Below the pieces are notes generated by a model. It was not told where the DNA came from. It did not search any database and saw nothing but the letters and a program-made list of their open reading frames with translations. The translations under genes were made by a program, and so were the position numbers. 64,000 bases of DNA from Pirellula sp. (GTDB lineage Bacteria > Planctomycetota > Planctomycetia > Pirellulales > Pirellulaceae), in contig JAJTEK010000003.1 of NCBI GenBank assembly GCA_021299695.1, positions 2,409-66,408 on the forward strand, read 5' to 3'. Shown here one piece after another: positions 17,948-28,172 of the stretch (position 1 is its first letter; each line of letters begins with the position of its first letter).

Positions 17948-20900
17948 TCAGTTTCGGGTAAGGGTTTCGTCCATGTTGAGAATGGTACTGGCAGCCAGGG
18001 TGTAGGCAGCAAGTTCAGCGGGAGACAGATCCGCATTGGGTTTGGATTCACCGAGTTGGATCAATTGCTGAGCGTCCTGCGGTGCTCCCTGGTAGCGTTG
18101 CATGTGCGTTGTGATCTGCTTGTCGAGCAGCTCGATCTCCTTGGCCGTCGGATTGCGCGAAAGTACGGTCTTGAAGAGGAATTCAATTCGGGCGTGCGAG
18201 TTTTTTTCTCCCGCGGTAAGCGCCCGCTGAGCGAGTCCGCGAGCAGCCTCGACATGCTGGACATCATTGAGCAATTGCAGGGCTTGGAGGGGCGTGTTGC
18301 TTCGTTCCCGCCTTGCACAGGATTGCTCGCGGTTGGGCGCATCGAAATTCACCATGAACGGGGGTGGCGCTGTCCGCTTGTAGAAAGTGTATAGGCTTCT
18401 TCGATACAGTGCCGATCCTTTGTCTTGTTGATAAAACCGAGTATTGGATCCAACAAACCCGACCGGCTCCCAGACGTTGGGTGGTTGGTAAGGTTTGACT
18501 CCTTTGCCTCCGAGAGTCAGATCGATCAGCCCACCGACATACAAGGCGTTGTCGCGGATCTGCTCGGCGTCGAGCCGAAGTCTTGGTGCGTGGGATAGGA
18601 GTCGATTCTCAGGGTCTTTCTCCAACGCTTCGGCGGAGATTCGCGAGCTTTGTTTAAAAGTCGCTGAGTTGAGCATCAATCGCATGAAGGATTTGACATC
18701 CCAGCCCGAGTCCTCGAATTCGATCGCAAGCCAGTCGAGAAGCTCCGGATGGGAGGGCGATTCGCCTTGGGTTCCGAAGTCGCCGCTGGTTTTGACCAAG
18801 CCGATTCCGAAGACCTGTTGCCAGTAGCGGTTGACAGCAACTCGAGACGTCAGAGGGTGTTTTGGTGAAACCAACCATTTGGCAAGGTCCAAGCGATTGA
18901 GTTGACGCGATTCATGTTTTTGGATCGGAGGTAGAATCGAGAGCACGTCGGGCTGTACCTTCTCTCCAGGTTGGTTGTATTGCCCTCGGAGCATGACGAA
19001 ACTTTCTCGCGGGGTAGGATTGTCCTTATAGACAAAGGTACTTGGAATCGCGTTGGAGTAACTCTCCCGTTCGCTGCGAAGGCGATCGACTTGGCCGGTC
19101 CATTCGCTCAGAAGAGGTTTGGTCTCGGTGCAAATCCTGGCCAAGTAGAATTCTTTGAGTCTGGCTACAGCACCTGCATCCGGGGCCGGGTCGCTACCGG
19201 CCTTGGCGATGTTGTTTAAATCGGCCGGCAGGCCTGGAGTGTCTTTGCCTTTGGCTGCGTTCCACCAAGCGACGAAGGAACGAAGTGGATCGTTTGCAGG
19301 ATCGCTGACTCCGACCACCCCGATTTTGTCCCAATAGACCGTTCCGCCGAATTGGGTGGTGGCAAATCCTGTCAGAGAATCGCCGGCGTTGAGTCCGAGT
19401 TTTGCGGCTGGGATTTCCAGGCGAACCCATTGTCCCGTCGCTGGCAGTGCTCCCATGTCGACCCGTTCGGCAGTATTCGGTGCACCCCATTGTATTGCAT
19501 CGTATTGGCCCCAGACGGCTCGGTGCTGCCATCCGCTGCGGTGGTACTGGAGCATAATCGCCTTAGGAACATTCGCAGGATCTATATACACATTGGCGAA
19601 CAATGTGGCCTGAGATGGGACCGTCAGGGAGATTTTGGACTGATCCCAAACATCTTGAGACAACCCAGCATCGGTGCGTTTGAGGGCTCGCTTTCCACTG
19701 AGAACTTTTTCGCCTTGCTCAAGCGTTACGAACGTGGTCGGATGTCCCGGTGCTCCAGCGGCATTGCCACCTGGTGGATAATCGTCATCCATCCAAACCA
19801 CCTCGCTCGCGGAGGCCTCAGGCTTTGGGTCGGCCAAGCCTGGGTCATGGTAAACGACCTTGGCTACCGCTTGGCTGAGGTTTTTTTGACTGGCCAAAAT
19901 CTTTTCGTCGTAATCGGATAGCTTGGTTTTTTCCTCGTCGGTTTCAAGTTTCAGGACCGGGTTGGTCAGCAACGCATTTCCATCCATCGCCGGATCGGCT
20001 GACGCATTAAAAAATGCGTACATCGAATAGAATTCCTTGGCCGAGATTGGATCGAATTTGTGGTCGTGACACACCGCGCAGCCGGCCGTTAGGGCCAACC
20101 AAGTCGACGCCATCGTGCTGGTCCGATCGACCGCGTAACGGTAGTAGTACTCCGAGTCGATCGACCCACCTTCGCTCGTCGTGACATTGCATCGGTTGAA
20201 CCCAGTGGCAACGAGTTGATCGATCGTGGGTTTTTCCAGGAGATCACCGGCGAGTTGCTCGATGGTAAACTGATCGAAGGGCAAATTCCTGTTGAAGCTT
20301 TGAACGACCCAATCGCGATAAGCCCACATCTGTCGTTCGTTGTCCAAATGCAAGCCGTGGGTATCGGCATACCGAGCGATATCGAGCCAGTGCCTAGCCA
20401 TCTCCTCGCCATAGCGGTTCGACTGCAAATACCGGTCGACCATTTTCTCATAGGCCTCTGGCGAGGTGTCGGACAGGTACTCTTGGACCTCTTCGGCCGT
20501 CGGTGGTAAACCTGTCAACGTAAAGGCCACGCGTCGGATCAGAGTCGAAGGGCTGGCCTGCTCGGACAATTTCCATCCCTGGGACTCAAGCCGCTTACCG
20601 ATAAACGCATCGATCGAGTTCTTTCCACCGGCGACTTGCGTCGGTACTTCAAACTCCATCGGCGGTTCGAACGCCCAGTGTTTCTGGTATTTGGCTCCCT
20701 CTTGGATCCAACGCCCTAGCAACTCGATCTCTTTGGCCGTGAGCTCTTTGTGACTCTCAGGCGGAGGCATTTTGGTGTCTGGATCGCTGGTGTGCAGCCG
20801 TTCCCAAAGCAAACTCTTGGACGTATCACCAGGAGTGATCGCGCGTTGGGAGTCCCGTTCCAGAGTCGCTCCTTCGAACGTGTCGAGACGCAGGCCCGCT

Positions 20901-21058
20901 TGGCGTTTCTTCTCGTCGAAGCCATGGCAAGCAAAGCACTTATCGGCCAAGATCGGACGGACGTCGCGATTGTAACTGAGCGGGGCTTGGGCCATCAGAG
21001 TGCCTAGAAAACAACCCATCCATCCAAGCGCGATCGCTTGGGTAAAAAATCGTTTCAT
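17948..21058 (-). CDS. Planctomycete cytochrome c + DUF1549 (PSD2) + DUF1553 (PSD1) protein
   Basis: [76 protein letters not shown]. Start set to ATG 21058 (MKRFFTQ). Confidence 0.9.
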   Translation of the reverse strand: MKRFFTQAIALGWMGCFLGTLMAQAPLSYNRDVRPILADKCFACHGFDEKKRQAGLRLDTFEGATLERDSQRAITPGDTSKSLLWERLHTSDPDTKMPPPESHKELTAKEIELLGRWIQEGAKYQKHWAFEPPMEFEVPTQVAGGKNSIDAFIGKRLESQGWKLSEQASPSTLIRRVAFTLTGLPPTAEEVQEYLSDTSPEAYEKMVDRYLQSNRYGEEMARHWLDIARYADTHGLHLDNERQMWAYRDWVVQSFNRNLPFDQFTIEQLAGDLLEKPTIDQLVATGFNRCNVTTSEGGSIDSEYYYRYAVDRTSTMASTWLALTAGCAVCHDHKFDPISAKEFYSMYAFFNASADPAMDGNALLTNPVLKLETDEEKTKLSDYDEKILASQKNLSQAVAKVVYHDPGLADPKPEASASEVVWMDDDYPPGGNAAGAPGHPTTFVTLEQGEKVLSGKRALKRTDAGLSQDVWDQSKISLTVPSQATLFANVYIDPANVPKAIMLQYHRSGWQHRAVWGQYDAIQWGAPNTAERVDMGALPATGQWVRLEIPAAKLGLNAGDSLTGFATTQFGGTVYWDKIGVVGVSDPANDPLRSFVAWWNAAKGKDTPGLPADLNNIAKAGSDPAPDAGAVARLKEFYLARICTETKPLLSEWTGQVDRLRSERESYSNAIPSTFVYKDNPTPRESFVMLRGQYNQPGEKVQPDVLSILPPIQKHESRQLNRLDLAKWLVSPKHPLTSRVAVNRYWQQVFGIGLVKTSGDFGTQGESPSHPELLDWLAIEFEDSGWDVKSFMRLMLNSATFKQSSRISAEALEKDPENRLLSHAPRLRLDAEQIRDNALYVGGLIDLTLGGKGVKPYQPPNVWEPVGFVGSNTRFYQQDKGSALYRRSLYTFYKRTAPPPFMVNFDAPNREQSCARRERSNTPLQALQLLNDVQHVEAARGLAQRALTAGEKNSHARIEFLFKTVLSRNPTAKEIELLDKQITTHMQRYQGAPQDAQQLIQLGESKPNADLSPAELAAYTLAASTILNMDETLTRN

Positions 21059-21331
21059 GTTCCGTACCAATCGAGGGGATCGAGGCGGCAAAGGGCAGGA
21101 GCGAGCCTGTGGGAAGCCCGCAAAAAGAACCGTTATTGTAACCAGTCCATCGGCTCTCCATAAGTGTCTTCGGCCCCTAAGGGTAACTCTTGGGGTGCGA
21201 ATCGCTCCATTTCTGGCGTTTTGAGTGGGTATAAGTTCCTTCGATTTGAAGGGGATAACTGGAATGTCATTGATTCTAATGTGATCCAACGGGATTGATT
21301 TCATTTCTCTGGATTTGCTAAACTCAAGTGC

Positions 21332-22468
21332 ATGACCCTTATCGATCGGTACTTGATCGTCCTGTTTGCCCGCGTTTTCCTGGTTTGCTTTCTTACGCTT
21401 TCCGGACTGTTGGTCATCGCGCAGATTTTCACCAACCTCGATGAGCTTATCGAATACGGTCGGAGACGTGGAAGCCTCCCTTTGGCTCTAGCCGAGTACT
21501 TTGGGCCTGTGCTCTTGACGATATTCGATAGGACGTGTGGATTGACCGCATTGCTAGCACTCCTTTTTGTGGTTGCTTGGCTCTACCGGACCAACGAGTG
21601 GACAGCGATGCTGGCGGCTGGGATCAGCAAAGCGCGCGTGGTTCGTCCTTTGCTGAGCGTTTGCGCGATTGCAATTGGTGTGAGTGCTTTGTCGCGTGAG
21701 TTTTGGATTCCCCAGTACAGTGACATTCTTACTCAGAGCCCGCAGGATCTACAAGGAACCGAGCGGGTTCGGCCAATCCGACCGACTGAGGACAGCGACT
21801 ATGGATTGCTGATTGCTGGCAAGAGCATTGCGAGCCAATCCAAGACGATCCGAAATCCGGTCTTTGTTGTTTTTGGTCCAGCTTCAAGGATCGTCACCCA
21901 GATCCAGGCCGAAGCGGCTACTTATAGGGAACCGACCGACGGTGTGCCTGCCGGTTATTTGCTCACGGGGGTCGGATCAGCGAAATTTCTCTCTGAGCCT
22001 TCGGTCGTCGTCGATGGAGTCGATTACTTGCGACTCCCATCGGATACACTCTGGCTGAGTCCGGACCAGTGCTTTTTGCCTAGCAGCATTGAGTTCGATA
22101 TGCTCAGGGGGAGTTCGGCCAAGCAATTTGCGTCGACGGGGGATTTGGTTTGGCGGGCGAAGAACCAGGGTGACTATTACGGGGACGATTTGCAGTTGCT
22201 GATTCATCAGCGTTTTTTGCAACCTTTCTTGGACGTCACGCAACTGTTGCTTGGGTTGCCCTTTGTGCTCTCGAGTCGCAGACGCAATATTGTGCAGATG
22301 ACGATCGCCTGTTTCTTGACCTACGGCGTTTTCTTCGGTTTTTCGGCGATCCTAGCTTTGCTCTGCGGTTCGAGTTCTCTTCTGACCCCAACGTTGGCGA
22401 TTTGGATTCCGCTGCTTGTCTTTGCGCCTTATGCCTACGCTCGGACTAGGCAAGCATTGGTCGAATAG
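21332..22468 (+). CDS. LptF/LptG (YjgP/YjgQ) family LPS export permease
   Basis: MTLIDRYL start, 3+3 TM helices, RTNEWTAMLAAGIS motif, central periplasmic beta-rich domain. Confidence 0.85.
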   Translation: MTLIDRYLIVLFARVFLVCFLTLSGLLVIAQIFTNLDELIEYGRRRGSLPLALAEYFGPVLLTIFDRTCGLTALLALLFVVAWLYRTNEWTAMLAAGISKARVVRPLLSVCAIAIGVSALSREFWIPQYSDILTQSPQDLQGTERVRPIRPTEDSDYGLLIAGKSIASQSKTIRNPVFVVFGPASRIVTQIQAEAATYREPTDGVPAGYLLTGVGSAKFLSEPSVVVDGVDYLRLPSDTLWLSPDQCFLPSSIEFDMLRGSSAKQFASTGDLVWRAKNQGDYYGDDLQLLIHQRFLQPFLDVTQLLLGLPFVLSSRRRNIVQMTIACFLTYGVFFGFSAILALLCGSSSLLTPTLAIWIPLLVFAPYAYARTRQALVE

Positions 22469-22513
22469 CTTTCCTAGTTCTGTAAGACGTTCGATCATGC
22501 ATCGAATTTCGTC

Positions 22514-22546
22514 GTGCTCGTACTCAGTGCAACGGTACTCGTACTC
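22514..22546. repeat. Short GT(A/G)CTC 6-bp repeat element in a convergent intergenic gap
   Basis: GTGCTC-GTACTC, a 9-nt spacer, then GTACTC-GTACTC. Confidence 0.5.
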
Positions 22547-22641
22547 GATGGCTGTTTAAACCACGGCGATGCCGATCGTTGATCGATACGGTTTGCGGGA
22601 GATGCCAGACCCATCGGTCAAATTGCGATATCAGATCGCTT

Positions 22642-23475
22642 TTAGATATCGCAAAGCAAAATCGCTTCGCGGAGGCCTTGGTAAGCGTCTCTGGTCGGGA
22701 TGAATTCTTGACCGACGTATCCCTGATAACCGAGTTTGTGGAGTTTTCTCATGATCGGGGGGAAGTTGATTTCCTGTTGGTCGTCCAGTTCGTTTCGGCC
22801 AGGGCAACCCGCGACGTGGACATGCCCGATGATATCGATATGTTCATCGAGTCGGCGCATGACATCGCCGTGCATGATCTGAACGTGGTAGACGTCGAAG
22901 AGCATTTTGACCCGTTCTGAGCCAACATTGCGGACGATCTGTGCGACAAGATCGATGTCATCACCTTGGTATCCAGGGTGTCCCTTCATCGGGTGGGTAC
23001 CATCGCGGGTATTGAGATGTTCGAGGCACAGAGTGACCTTGGATCGTTCGGCCAGGCCAGCGAGTTGCTTGAGTCCTGCGACGCAGTTTTCGATGCATTC
23101 CTCACGTGAGATTTCACCGCTGGAGGGATCTTCGGCATTCCGCCATTTGAATCCTGTGAAAGCGATCACATTGGGAAAACCGGCTGCTGCGGTCTTCTCG
23201 ATCGCTTTGGTCATGCACTCGAGGACCTCTCCATGGTACGCCTTGTTGTTGAGCCCTTTGACAAACGGGGCACCTGGCATCCCATTGGGGGCCAGGGCGC
23301 AGCCGATGCCATGCTTCTTGAGTGTGTCCCAGTCTTCAAACGGTACGATTTCCACCGCGTCGCATCCAAGCTCGCGGGTCACTTCGCACAGGCGGTCCAT
23401 GGACCACATGTCACCACCGGCTTGGTAGCACCAGCCAACGATCGATTGCCGAATATTTTTTTTCAGTGACAACAT
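22642..23475 (-). CDS. Hydroxypyruvate isomerase (Hyi)-family TIM-barrel protein
   Basis: LCLEHLN, MLFDVYHVQIMHGD, IGHVHVAGCPGRNELD, YVGQEFIP. Confidence 0.85.
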   Translation of the reverse strand: MLSLKKNIRQSIVGWCYQAGGDMWSMDRLCEVTRELGCDAVEIVPFEDWDTLKKHGIGCALAPNGMPGAPFVKGLNNKAYHGEVLECMTKAIEKTAAAGFPNVIAFTGFKWRNAEDPSSGEISREECIENCVAGLKQLAGLAERSKVTLCLEHLNTRDGTHPMKGHPGYQGDDIDLVAQIVRNVGSERVKMLFDVYHVQIMHGDVMRRLDEHIDIIGHVHVAGCPGRNELDDQQEINFPPIMRKLHKLGYQGYVGQEFIPTRDAYQGLREAILLCDI

Positions 23476-23633
23476 AGGAGTTCCGTATTACTTATCTCAG
23501 GGGCTGAAACGAGAGGGGTCAGGTGCAGCGGGAGCGCCCAGCGATTTGGATTTTTCGAGCGACTCGGTTCGCACGAAAGACCATTATTCATATTGGCCGC
23601 GAGTTTGCTAGCATGGGTCCCGGGGGATCCTAA

Positions 23634-23921
23634 CTAGGGTTTGTGGTTTGCCTGCTGGTCGATCATCCAATCGAGTACAGCCGCCGAGGTTGCGATTCGA
23701 GTACGATCTTTGCGAGAAAAGCCCCGCTGGCTCACCCCGATGGTTTGGCCGAGTCGGAAAAGGCCGATTTCCTTTTGGGAATCCTCGGAACTTGAGGAAG
23801 TTGAGCGATTGGAATCGGCATGTTTCATCACGAATTCGACGGCCCATAGGGCTGCGGACTGCTGGCATTGACGAACCACAACGCCACGAAACGAACCACT
23901 CTGCACGTAGTATTTTGGCAT
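23634..23921 (-). CDS. Small hypothetical protein (95 aa), probably planctomycete-conserved
   Basis: C-terminal part of track ORF 23634..24287 from ATG 23921: MPKYYVQSGSFRGVV..AALWAV..LGQTIGVSQRGF. Resembles small planctomycete hypotheticals from memory; unverified. Confidence 0.55.
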   Translation of the reverse strand: MPKYYVQSGSFRGVVVRQCQQSAALWAVEFVMKHADSNRSTSSSSEDSQKEIGLFRLGQTIGVSQRGFSRKDRTRIATSAAVLDWMIDQQANHKP

Positions 23922-23980
23922 CCTTAGAAGACTTTCCAACTCTGCGAGTATCCGAACCGACGCGGCAACTTGCCGCCCTG

Positions 23981-25645
23981 CTAAGGAATTTCGGCAATCG
24001 CTGTGACACCTTGGGTCAAAGCCCCAGAGGAATTCGGCTGGGAAACGAGATTCCCGCCGGTTTTTCGGTAGCCACCGTGTCGTTGGCTTTCTTCGACTGG
24101 CTCGGAGGAAATTGTGGCGGTTTCTCTGAAATCCCTTCCAAATGCCTGAAATTGACTTTGCATCGCATCGAGAAGTTCGGTCAACTGGGCGAGGGCCAAA
24201 AGAGTTTCGGATTCTTGTTGTTTTCCTATAAACTCCAAACCACCAAAGCTTTCCCCGTCGAGCATCAAGGGAAATTTTAGAATCCAACGCTCGGGCAACT
24301 CAGGTAGTTCGGATTTTTGCCACTCAGCGTGGTAGCCTTCGTGTAGCCAAGGCATATTCAGGTCCATCTGGACACGGTAGAGTTCGTGCTTTTCGGCAAA
24401 TTCGACCAAGGTTTGCCAAAGAATCGTCCAGTCTCTGGTTCCTTGAAGCTGAACGACCTGTTCGTGCACTTTGGACTCGGCCCGGTCCGGGCGGATCAGC
24501 AGCGAGGTCACCAAACGCTCTAAGCGTTTGTAGAGAAGTTTGAACTCCCCAAAACCAAAGAGCCTCGAGACGACCAGCGAACCGATCGCAAAGGCCATGG
24601 TCGCAAGAGATATCCACTCGGATTTGAGCATCACACCGGCAACGGCTCCGCTGGCGGTAATTGTAGAGAGCAAAGCGATGATCCCTACCAAGGCTCGGTC
24701 TTGAAATCCATGCCTCATCAAATGATGGTGCAGATGCCCTCGGTCGACAGAGAACAGACTTCTGCCGGTCAGTTTCCGTCGCACGATCGCCATGGCCGAA
24801 TCGAATAGAGGAATGGCCATCAAAACGATGGGGATAGTAATCGACATCGAGGAGTCCTTGGAAAACCAAGATCGCATCGTCAGGACCCCAAGAAATAGCC
24901 CGATGAGCATGCTGCCGTTGTCACCGAGAAAGACGCTTGCAGGGGGCAAATTGTAGAACAGGAATCCCAGCAGCGCACCTGCCAGAGCGGCCGAGATGAT
25001 CGCTTCCATGTGGTTTCCTGTAAAGGAACTGATTGCCGCTACGGCTGCAAACGCGATCCAGCCTACCGTAGCGCACATGCCATCGGCACCATCGATCAGA
25101 TTGATCGAATTGATGCATAGCAAAAGCCATCCCAGGGTGATTGGCCAAGCCATCAGTCCGAAATCGATGGGGTAACCGAAGACTTGGACGGTGTCGATTG
25201 AAAACCCAAAGGAAATAATTCCTAGGCAAATCACGATTTGCATGGCGAGTTTTTGCCTACCGAGCATTCCGAATCGGTCATCGACGAGCCCGAGCGTCGT
25301 AATGGCCAACGCCCCTATTCCTAAGGAGATGGCTTGCGAGGACTGTTGAACCAAATGGATCGATTGTCCGGGGAAAATCAAAAAAGCCAAAAGGACGCTG
25401 ATCATCAGGGTCAAGAGCAAGACCACGCCGCCGCATCGGGCAACGGGTTGCGCGTGGAGTTTGCGTCGTTTATCGGGATAATCGACGAGTCCAAAACGCA
25501 ATGCGTAATGGCGTACAAACGGAGTCAATGCGATCGACAGCCCTAGGCCAATGAGGGTTGCGACAAGTGGTAGAACTATCGGCGGAACGTTGGGGGGCAC
25601 GGTAGGCTTGAATCCGCGGCGTTGAATGTTTCTTTGACGATCCAT
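23981..25645 (-). CDS. WecA/MraY-family (GT4) undecaprenyl-phosphate GlcNAc-1-P transferase with C-terminal extension
   Basis: DYPDKRRKLH, GLVDD, NSINLIDGADG, FLGDNGSM, DRGHLHH; about 11 TM. Start uncertain. Confidence 0.88.
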   Translation of the reverse strand: MDRQRNIQRRGFKPTVPPNVPPIVLPLVATLIGLGLSIALTPFVRHYALRFGLVDYPDKRRKLHAQPVARCGGVVLLLTLMISVLLAFLIFPGQSIHLVQQSSQAISLGIGALAITTLGLVDDRFGMLGRQKLAMQIVICLGIISFGFSIDTVQVFGYPIDFGLMAWPITLGWLLLCINSINLIDGADGMCATVGWIAFAAVAAISSFTGNHMEAIISAALAGALLGFLFYNLPPASVFLGDNGSMLIGLFLGVLTMRSWFSKDSSMSITIPIVLMAIPLFDSAMAIVRRKLTGRSLFSVDRGHLHHHLMRHGFQDRALVGIIALLSTITASGAVAGVMLKSEWISLATMAFAIGSLVVSRLFGFGEFKLLYKRLERLVTSLLIRPDRAESKVHEQVVQLQGTRDWTILWQTLVEFAEKHELYRVQMDLNMPWLHEGYHAEWQKSELPELPERWILKFPLMLDGESFGGLEFIGKQQESETLLALAQLTELLDAMQSQFQAFGRDFRETATISSEPVEESQRHGGYRKTGGNLVSQPNSSGALTQGVTAIAEIP

Positions 25646-25731
25646 CTTGCACTGTTGTAATATCGTGGTTCAAGCTTCAGTGCTTGGCTAGTCGCATCCG
25701 GCGACTTTGACGATAAAATCCCTCCGTCCTA

Positions 25732-28170
25732 ATGCGCAGCCGACTAACGCATAGCCGAATGCACGGAAAAACCACCAACGAATCGGACCCTCGAATGGAC
25801 TCTGGACTTTGTAAGCTCACCGACCTATTTGCAACCCAACGGAACCTGCGCCACATGGTGTGGATTGTAGCGATTTTGTCGGTCCTTTCGACCAAGTCGC
25901 AGGTTCAGGCGGCCGACCCGATGCTCGTGAAACTAAGTCCCCGATGGATCGATGGCTCAAGTTTCTGGTACTCCAAACCAACCGAAAAAGGGCGCAAGGA
26001 GTTCGTTTGGGTCTCTCCGAGCGAAAAGAGAATCCTGCGTGCTGCTTCGCTTGAGGAACTCGAAAAGCAGGCTGGCATTTCGCTCCTGAACCGATCTGCC
26101 ACAGGCAGAATCGAACCCTCGGAAACGTTGGACGAAGCCCGAATCGATATCGCCATCAAAAATGCCATGCTTCAACCCGTCGAGCTGTTTTGGATCGACT
26201 TCCAGGGAGTCCCGAAACCCTATGGGACCCTTGTTCCCGGGGAATCGCGAGGGCAATCGACTTTCGCCGGTCATTCCTGGGCCGCCTCGCTCGACGGTAA
26301 AAAACCCATTTGGACCGGCCAAGCGACCGAAAAGGGGCAGGTTCTAGAAATTCAGGCGATGGAAATGGAAGCCGAGTCGCTCTTTCCAAGACGCGAAGCT
26401 CGCCGACGATCCCAAGCAAGGGCACCGCGCGATTCGGATGCGAATCGAAAAGCCGAGAATCGGTGGAAGGTCCAGAGGAGCGATCATCAACTCCGCTTCA
26501 TTTCCCAAGCGGGGAAAACCGTACTCGATACGGCGGATCTAGGGGAGGCTCAAGGAACCGAAACGAACCGATACGACCAGCCAATCTTCTGGTCGACCAA
26601 CCAGCAGTTCGCATTCACCCTCCAAATCGAACAAGGAGATCGTCGCGAGATCGTGCTTGTGGAATCTTCTCCAAAAGACCAATTGCAACCCAAGAGCAGG
26701 ACGATCCGTTACGACAAACCGGGAGACAAGCTCGATCGACCGCATCCGAGACTATTCGACCTTGAGTCGGGGAAATTGGTCCACTTGGATTCCACGCTTT
26801 TTGAAAATCCCTGGTCCATCGATCAAATCCGATGGGATCAAGATGGGAATAGGCTACTGTTCGTCTACAACCAGCGTGGACACCAAGTTATCCGGCTATT
26901 GGCCGTCGATCCTCGGACCGGTCAAGTCACCTCGCTGATTGAAGAGGCCAGCCCAACGTACATCGATTATGCCGCCAAGGCTTACCGTGAGTGGATCCAG
27001 GATGAGCGAGAAATCCTATGGGGGAGCGAACGCGACGGTTGGTACCACCTGTACCGCTATTCGGCCGAAGACGGAGAGTTGATCAACCAAGTCACCCAAG
27101 GGTCTTGGGTGGTCCGCTCGATCGATCGGATCGACCAAGAAAAACAAAAGCTTTGGTTCTACGCTGGAGGAATCGCCCCCCATCAGGACCCTTACCATCG
27201 CCACTACTGCCGTGTGGATCTCGACGGCCAAAATCTTACTCAACTGACCCAAGGTGACGGCGATCATAGCGTCGAACGATCGCCAGATGGACAATGGCTC
27301 ATCGACACCTATTCTCGCGTCGATATGCCTCCGGTCCACGAGCTTCGTTCCTCGAGCACCGGCGAATTGATCCTCGAACTCGAACGCAGCGATCCCCAAG
27401 GTCAGTGGACCGAGAGCAACAAGCCCATACGGTTCACGGCCAAGGGACGCGATGGCACGACCGACATTTACGGATTGATCGTCCGTCCGAAAGTCGTTGA
27501 ACCTGGCAAGAAATACCCTGTCATCGAGAATATCTATGCCGGTCCCCAAGATTCCTTCGTCCCGAAGACTTACTCCGCCCTTTGGGAATATCACGATTTG
27601 GCCGACCAAGGCTTCGTCGTGGTGAAAATCGATGGTATGGGTACCTCGAACCGCAGCAAAGCATTCCATGACGTCAGTTATCGAAATCTGAGCGATGGAG
27701 GATTTCCCGACCGAATTTTATGGATGCAAGCCGCCGCGAAGGTTTATCCTGAGATGGATCTAGAGAAAGTAGGGATCTATGGTGGATCGGCTGGCGGTCA
27801 AAACGCTCTGGCTGCTTTGTTGTTCTTTGGCGAATTTTACGATGCGGCCGTAGCCGACTGCGGCTGCCACGATAATCGGATGGACAAAGTCTGGTGGAAC
27901 GAACTCTACATGGGATGGCCTGTTGGACCCCACTACGAAGCGAACTCGAACGTAACGAACGCCCATCGACTCCAAGGAAAACTTCAGTTGGTCGTCGGTG
28001 AACTCGACACCAATGTCGACCCAGCGTCGACCATGCAGGTCGTGGATGCCTTGGTACGAGCCGACAAGGATTTCGAGTTGCTCTATATCCCCGGCGGAGG
28101 TCACGGGGTCGGCTCGTCCCCTTACTGCAAACGACGACGCGACGCGTTCTTCCGCCGTCATTTGCAATGA
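25732..28170 (+). CDS. S9-family (DPP-IV-like) peptidase with a VHL-beta-like insert
   Basis: Beta-propeller (SERDGWYHLY); catalytic GGSAGG, GELDTNVD, GGGHG. Start uncertain (later ATGs possible). Confidence 0.88.
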   Translation: MRSRLTHSRMHGKTTNESDPRMDSGLCKLTDLFATQRNLRHMVWIVAILSVLSTKSQVQAADPMLVKLSPRWIDGSSFWYSKPTEKGRKEFVWVSPSEKRILRAASLEELEKQAGISLLNRSATGRIEPSETLDEARIDIAIKNAMLQPVELFWIDFQGVPKPYGTLVPGESRGQSTFAGHSWAASLDGKKPIWTGQATEKGQVLEIQAMEMEAESLFPRREARRRSQARAPRDSDANRKAENRWKVQRSDHQLRFISQAGKTVLDTADLGEAQGTETNRYDQPIFWSTNQQFAFTLQIEQGDRREIVLVESSPKDQLQPKSRTIRYDKPGDKLDRPHPRLFDLESGKLVHLDSTLFENPWSIDQIRWDQDGNRLLFVYNQRGHQVIRLLAVDPRTGQVTSLIEEASPTYIDYAAKAYREWIQDEREILWGSERDGWYHLYRYSAEDGELINQVTQGSWVVRSIDRIDQEKQKLWFYAGGIAPHQDPYHRHYCRVDLDGQNLTQLTQGDGDHSVERSPDGQWLIDTYSRVDMPPVHELRSSSTGELILELERSDPQGQWTESNKPIRFTAKGRDGTTDIYGLIVRPKVVEPGKKYPVIENIYAGPQDSFVPKTYSALWEYHDLADQGFVVVKIDGMGTSNRSKAFHDVSYRNLSDGGFPDRILWMQAAAKVYPEMDLEKVGIYGGSAGGQNALAALLFFGEFYDAAVADCGCHDNRMDKVWWNELYMGWPVGPHYEANSNVTNAHRLQGKLQLVVGELDTNVDPASTMQVVDALVRADKDFELLYIPGGGHGVGSSPYCKRRRDAFFRRHLQ

Positions 28171-28172
28171 TC

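Noticed and set aside
23648-24280. 210-aa plus-strand ORF, and the long N-terminus of 23634..24287
   Set aside because: Arg/Pro-rich non-coding composition, overlapping the WecA-like gene and the small gene.
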